Positions 57,024 through 64,000 of a stretch of 64,000 nt of DNA are shown here, piece by piece (the first letter of the stretch is position 1; each line of letters opens with the position of its first letter). The notes beneath the pieces are model-generated. The model worked only from the letters and a program-made list of their open reading frames with translations. It searched no databases and was not told the origin of the DNA. This stretch comes from Balanoglossus misakiensis (lineage: Eukaryota; Animalia; Hemichordata): the NCBI GenBank assembly GCA_040954595.2, contig CM082592.2, positions 6,053,431 to 6,117,430 of the forward strand, read 5' to 3'. The position numbers and the translations under genes are program-made.

Positions 57024-60000
57024 TCGCGAAGTCGAAAAATTGACATTTCTGGATGATTTTCATGAGCTATAACCCACGGTTTTTATCCAAAAACCACCAA
57101 ATTTTGAAATTTCGCGAAGTCGAAAAATTGACATTTCTGGATGATTTTCATGTGCTATAACCCATGGTTTTTATCCAAAAACCACCAAATTTTGAAATTT
57201 CGCGAAGTCGAAAAATTGACATTTCTGGATGATTTTCATGAGCTATAACCCATGGTTTTTATCCAAAAACCACCAAATTTTGAAATTTCGCGAAGTCGAA
57301 AAATTGACATTTCTGGATGATTTTCATGAGCTATAACCCATGGTTTTTATCCAAAAACCACCAAATTTTGAAATTTCGCGAAGTCGAAAAATTGACATTT
57401 CTGGATGATTTTCATGAGCTATAACCCATGGTTTTTATCCAAAAACCACCAAATTTTAAAATTTCGCGAAGTCGAAAAATTGACATTTCTGGATGATTTT
57501 CATGAGCTATAACCCATGGTTTTTATCCAAAAACCACCAAATTTTGAAATTTCGCGAAGTCGAAAAATTGACATTTCTGGATGATTTTCATGAGCTATGA
57601 CCCATGGTTTTTATCCAAAAACCACCAAATTTTGAAATTTCGCGAAGTCGAAAAATTGACATTTCTGGATGATTTTCATGAGCTATAACCCATGGTTTTT
57701 ATCCAAAAACCACCAAATTTTGAAATTTCGCGAAGTCGAAAAATTGACATTTCTGGATGATTTTCATGAGCTATAACCCATGGTTTTTATCCAAAAACCA
57801 CCAAATTTTGAAATTTCGCGAAGTCGGAAAATTGACATTTCTGGATGATTTTCATGAGCTATAACCCATGGTTTTTATCCAAAAACCACCAAATTTTGAA
57901 ATTTCGCGAAGTCGGAAAATTGACATTTCTGGATGATTTTCATGAGCTAGAACCCATGGTTTTTATCCAAAAACCACCAAATTTTGAAATTTCGCGAAGT
58001 CGGAAAATTGACATTTCTGGATGATTTTCATGAGCTATAACCCATGGTTTTTATCCAAAAACCACCAAATTTTGAAATTTTGCGAAGTCGAAAAATTGAC
58101 ATTTCTGGATGATTTTCATGAGCTATAACCCATGGTTTTTATCCAAAAACCACCAAATTTTGAAATTTCGCGAAGTCGGAAAATTGACATTTCTGGATGA
58201 TTTTCATGAGCTATAACCCATGGTTTTTATCCAAAAACCACCAAATTTTGAAATTTCGCGAAGTCGAAAAATTGACATTTCTGGATGATTTTCATGAGCT
58301 ATAACCCATGGTTTTTATCCAAAAACCACCAAATTTTGAAATTTCGCGAAGTCGGAAAATTGACATTTCTGGATGATTTTCATGAGCTATAACCCATGGT
58401 TTTAATCCAAAAACCACCAAATTTTGAAATTTCGCGAAGTCGAAAAATTGACATTTCTGGATGATTTTCATGAGCTATAACCCATGGTTTTTATCCAAAA
58501 ACCACCAAATTTTGAAATTTCGCGAAGTCGGAAAATTGACATTTCTGGATGATTTTCATGAGCTATAACCCATGGTTTTTATCCAAAAACCACCAAATTT
58601 TGAAATTTCGCGAAGTCGAAAAATTGACATTTCTGGATGATTTTCATGAGCTATAACCCATGGTTTTTATCCAAAAACCACCAAATTTTGAAATTTCGCG
58701 AAGTCGAAAAATTGACATTTCTGGATGATTTTCATGAGCTATAACCCATGGTTTTTATCCAAAAACCACCAAATTTTGAAATTTCGCGAAGTCGAAAAAT
58801 TGACATTTCTGGATGATTTTCATGAGCTATAACCCATGGTTTTTATCCAAAAACCACCAAATTTTGAAATTTCGCGAAGTCGGAAAATTGACATTTCTGG
58901 ATGATTTTCATGAGCTATAACCCATGGTTTTTATCCAAAAACCACCAAATTTTGAAATTTCGCGAAGTCGAAAAATTGACATTTCTGGATGATTTTCATG
59001 AGCTATAACCCATGGTTTTTATCCAAAAACCACCAAATTTTGAAATTTCGCGAAGTCGAAAAATTGACATTTCTGGATGATATTCATGAGCTATAACCCA
59101 TGGTTTTTATCCAAAAACCACCAAATTTTGAAATTTCGCGAAGTCGAAAAATTGACATTTCTGGATGATTTTCATGAGCTATAACCCATGGTTTTTATCC
59201 AAAAACCACCAAATTTTGAAATTTCGCGAAGTCGAAAAATTGACATTTCTGGATGATTTTCATGAGCTATAACCCATGGTTTTTATCCAAAAACCACCAA
59301 ATTTTGAAATTTCGCGAAGTCGAAAAATTGACATTTCTGGATGATTTTCATGAGCTATAACCCATGGTTTTTATCCAAAAACCACCAAATTTTGAAATTT
59401 CGCGAAGTCGAAAAATTGACATTTCTGGATGATTTTCATGAGCTATAACCCATGGTTTTTATCCAAAAACCACCAAATTTTGAAATTTCGCGAAGTCGAA
59501 AAATTGACATTTCTGGATGATTTTCATGAGCTATAACCCATGGTTTTTATCCAAAAACCACCAAATTTTGAAATTTCGCGAAGTCGAAAAATTGACATTT
59601 CTGGATGATTTTCATGAGCTATAACCCATGGTTTTTATCCAAAAACCACCAAATTTTGAAATTTCGCGAAGTCGAAAAATTGACATTTCTGGATGATTTT
59701 CATGAGCTATAACCCATGGTTTTTATCCAAAAACCACCAAATTTTGAAATTTCGCGAAGTCGAAAAATTGACATTTCTGGATGATTTTCATGAGCTATAA
59801 CCCATGGTTTTTATCCAAAAACCACCAAATTTTGAAATTTCGCGAAGTCGAAAAATTGACATTTCTGGATGATTTTCATGAGCTATAACCCATGGTTTTT
59901 ATCCAAAAACCACCAAATTTTGAAATTTCGCGAAGTCGGAAAATTGACATTTCTGGATGATTTTCATGAGCTATAACCCATGGTTTTTATCCAAAAACCA

Positions 60001-63000
60001 CCAAATTTTGAAATTTCGCGAAGTCGAAAAATTGACATTTCTGGATGATTTTCATGAGCTATAACCCATGGTTTTTATCCAAAAACCACCAAATTTTGAA
60101 ATTTCGCGAAGTCGAAAAATTGACATTTCTGGATGATTTTCATGAGCTATAACCCATGGTTTTTATCCAAAAACCACCAAATTTTGAAATTTCGCGAAGT
60201 CGAAAAATTGACATTTCTGGATGATTTTCATGAGCTATAACCCATGGTTTTTATCCAAAAACCACCAAATTTTGAAATTTCGCGAAGTCGAAAAATTGAC
60301 ATTTCTGGATGATTTTCATGAGCTATAACCCATGGTTTTTATCCAAAAACCACCAAATTTTGAAATTTCGCGAAGTCGGAAAATTGACATTTCTGGATGA
60401 TTTTCATGAGCTATAACCCATGGTTTTTATCCAAAAACCACCAAATTTTGAAATTTCGCGAAGTCGGAAAATTGACATTTCTGGATGATTTTCATGAGCT
60501 AGAACCCATGGTTTTTATCCAAAAACCACCAAATTTTGAAATTTCGCGAAGTCGGAAAATTGACATTTCTGGATGATTTTCATGAGCTATAACCCATGGT
60601 TTTTATCCAAAAACCACCAAATTTTGAAATTTCGCGAAGTCGAAAAATTGACATTTCTGGATGATTTTCATGAGCTATAACCCATGGTTTTTATCCAAAA
60701 ACCACCAAATTTTGAAATTTCGCGAAGTCGAAAAATTGACATTTCTGGATGATTTTCATGAGCTATAACCCATGGTTTTTATCCAAAAACCACCAAATTT
60801 TGAAATTTCGCGAAGTCGAAAAATTGACATTTCTGGATGATTTTCATGAGCTATAACCCATGGTTTTTATCCAAAAACCACCAAATTTTGAAATTTCGCG
60901 AAGTCGAAAAATTGACATTTCTGGATGATTTTAATGAGCTATAACCCATGGTTTTTATCCAAAAACCACCAAATTTTGAAATTTCGCGAAGTCGAAAAAT
61001 TGACATTTCTGGATGATTTTCATGAGCTATAACCCATGGTTTTTATCCAAAAACCACCAAATTTTGAAATTTCGCGAAGTCGAAAAATTGACATTTCTGG
61101 ATGATTTTCATGAGCTATAACCCATGGTTTTTATCCAAAAACCACCAAATTTTGAAATTTCGCGAAGTCGAAAAATTGACATTTCTGGATGATTTTCATG
61201 AGCTATAACCCATGGTTTTTATCCAAAAACCACCAAATTTTGAAATTTCGCGAAGTCGAAAAATTGACATTTCTGGATGATTTTCATGAGCTATAACCCA
61301 TGGTTTTTATCCAAAAACCACCAAATTTTGAAATTTCGCGAAGTCGAAAAATTGACATTTCTGGATGATTTTCATGAGCTATAACCCATGGTTTTTATCC
61401 AAAAACCACCAAATTTTGAAATTTCGCGAAGTCGAAAAATTGACATTTCTGGATGATTTTCATGAGCTATAACCCATGGTTTTTATCCAAAAACCACCAA
61501 ACTTTGAAATTTCGCGAAGTCGAAAAATTGACATTTCTGGATGATTTTCATGAGCTATAACCCATGGTTTTTATCCAAAAACCACCAAATTTTGAAATTT
61601 CGCGAAGTCGAAAAATTGACATTTCTGGATGATTTTCATGAGCTATAACCCATGGTTTTTATCCAAAAACCACCAAATTTTGAAATTTCGCGAAGTCGAA
61701 AAATTGACATTTCTGGATGATTTTCATGAGCTATAACCCATGGTTTTTATCCAAAAACCACCAAATTTTGAAATTTCGCGAAGTCGAAAAATTGACATTT
61801 CTGGATGATTTTCATGAGCTATAACCCATGGTTTTTATCCAAAAACCACCAAATTTTGAAATTTCGCGAAGTCGAAAAATTGACATTTCTGGATGATTTT
61901 CATGAGCTATAACCCATGGTTTTTATCCAAAAACCACCAAATTTTGAAATTTCGCGAAGTCGAAAAATTGACATTTCTGGATGATTTTCATGAGCTATAA
62001 CCCATGGTTTTTATCCAAAAACCACCAAATTTTGAAATTTCGCGAAGTCGAAAAATTGACATTTCTGGATGATTTTCATGAGCTATAACCCATGGATTTT
62101 TCAAAAATCGGCCAAATTTTGAAATTCCGCAGAGTCGAAAAATTCTCATTTTTTGATGATTTTCCTGAACTATAACCCATGGTTTTTTCAAAAATCGGTC
62201 AAATTTTGAAATTCCGCAAAGTCGAAAAATTCCCATTTTTTGATGATTTTCCTGAGCTATAACCCATGGTTTTTATCCAAAAACCACCAAATTTTGAAAT
62301 TTCGCGAAGTCGGAAAATTGACATTTCTGGATGATTTTCATGAGCTATAACCCATGGTTTTTATCCAAAAATCACCAAATTTTGAAATTTCGCGAAGTCG
62401 AAAAATTGACATTTCTGGATGATTTTCATGAGCTATAACCCATGGTTTTTATCCAAAAACCACCAAATTTTGAAATTTCGCGAAGTCGAAAAATTGACAT
62501 TTCTGGATGATTTTCATGAGCTATAACCCATGGTTTTTATCCAAAAACCACCAAATTTTGAAATTTCGCGAAGTCGAAAAATTGACATTTCTGGATGATT
62601 TTCATGAGCTATAACCCATGGTTTTTATCCAAAAACCACCAAACTTTGAAATTTCGCGAAGTCGAAAAATTGACATTTCTGGATGATTTTCATGAGCTAT
62701 AACCCATGGTTTTTTTCCAAAAACCACCAAATTTTGAAATTTCGCGAAGTCGAAAAATTGACATTTCTGGATGATTTTCATGAGCTATAACCCATGGTTT
62801 TTATCCAAAAACCACCAAATTTTGAAATTTCGCGAAGTCGAAAAATTGACATTTCTGGATGATTTTCATGAGCTATAACCCATGGTTTTTATCCAAAAAC
62901 CACCAAATTTTGAAATTTCGCGAAGTCGAAAAATTGACATTTCTGGATGATTTTCATGAGCTATAACCCATGGTTTTTATCCAAAAACCACCAAATTTTG

Positions 63001-64000
63001 AAATTTCGCGAAGTCGAAAAATTGACATTTCTGGATGATTTTCATGAGCTATAACCCATGGTTTTTATCCAAAAACCACCAAATTTTGAAATTTCGCGAA
63101 GTCGAAAAATTGACATTTCTGGATGATTTTCATGAGCTATAACCCATGGTTTTTATCCAAAAACCACCAAATTTTGAAATTTCGCGAAGTCGAAAAATTG
63201 ACATTTCTGGATGATTTTCATGAGCTATAACCCATGGTTTTTTCAAAAATCGGCCAAATTTTGAAATTCCGCAGAGTCGAAAAATTCTCATTTTTTGATG
63301 ATTTTCCTGAACTATAACCCATGGTTTTTTCAAAAATCGGTCAAATTTTGAAATTCCGCAAAGTCGAAAAATTCCCATTTTTTGATGATTTTCCTGAGCT
63401 ATAACCCATGGTTTTTTCAAAAATCGGCCAAATTTTGAAATTCCGCAAAGTCGAAAAATCGTCGATTTTTGATGATTTTCCTGAGCTATAACCCATGGTT
63501 TTTTCAAAAATCGGCCAAATTTTGAAATTCCGCAAAGTCGAAAAATTCTCATTTTTTGATGATTTTCCTGAGCTATAACCCATGGTTTTTTCAAAAATCG
63601 GCCAAATTTTGAAATTCCGCAAAGTCGAAAAATCGTCGATTTTTGATGATTTTCCTGAGCTATAACCCATGGTTTTTTCAAAAATCGGCCAAATTTTGAA
63701 ATTCCGCAAAGTCGAAAAATTCTCATTTTTTGATGATTTTCCTGAGCTATAACCCATGGTTTTTTCAAAAATCGGCCAAATTTTGAAATTCCGCAAAGTC
63801 GAAAAATTCTCATTTTTTGATGATTTTCCTGAGCTATAACCCATGGTTTTTTCAAAAATCGGTCAAATTTTGAAATTCCGCAAAGTCGAAAAATTCCCAT
63901 TTTTTGATGATTTTCCTGAGCTATAACCCATGGTTTTTTCAAAAATCGGCCAAATTTTGAAATTCCGCAAAGTCGAAAAATCGTCGATTTTTGATGATTT
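57024..64000 (+). repeat. Satellite DNA array: highly homogeneous 88-bp type A monomers, then 87-bp type B monomers; continues past the window end
   Basis: Type A is catgagctataacccatggtttttatccaaaaaccaccaaattttgaaatttcgcgaagtcgaaaaattgacatttctggatgatttt (period 88; 57061 to 57501 is 5 units). Type B units (ttcaaaaatcggccaaatt...ccgcaaag...cctgagc) lie at ~62095-62270 and ~63237-64000. Confidence 0.97.

Noticed and set aside
56342-64000. CRISPR-like array, or repeat-protein ORFs (63130-63942, 63341-63844, 56794-57072, 61988-62236)
   Set aside because: There are no unique spacers and no cas genes, and the context is eukaryotic. The ORFs arise because the 87-bp monomer is a multiple of 3 and lacks stops in some frames.
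57024-64000. CENP-B box in the satellite (tttcgcgaagtcggaaa)
   Set aside because: TTCG is present but the A and CGGG positions of NTTCGNNNNANNCGGGN do not match on either strand.

Overview
Eukaryotic, intron-rich, AT-rich animal genomic DNA. An invertebrate deuterostome such as a hemichordate or echinoderm is a guess from gene style, not something the sequence proves. Positions 1-55 kb hold seven protein-coding genes whose exons I joined by hand through GT-AG sites with consistent phases: SLC25A1 citrate carrier (+, 5' end outside the window), a TM-anchored copine/VWA-only protein (-), proline dehydrogenase PRODH (+, 12 exons), a gamma-glutamyltranspeptidase (-, 11 exons), an MFSD4/NAGLT1-like MFS transporter (-), sulfite oxidase SUOX (+) and a FAM216-domain protein (+). 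There is also a tRNA-Thr(TGT) and a non-autonomous Helentron/HINE-like element whose internal ~238-bp repeats carry nuclear-receptor DR1/DR4 motifs. At ~55.8 kb a 268-bp tandem duplication leads directly into an 87/88-bp satellite array. The array flips orientation at ~57.02 kb, shows higher-order duplications and runs off the window end. Best leads: SLC25A1-PRODH-GGT linkage echoing human 22q11, a candidate ciliary (RFX/Forkhead/MYB/NF-Y) regulatory signature on the FAM216 gene, the TE-borne nuclear-receptor array, and the gene/satellite boundary. I found no clearly new enzymatic system.
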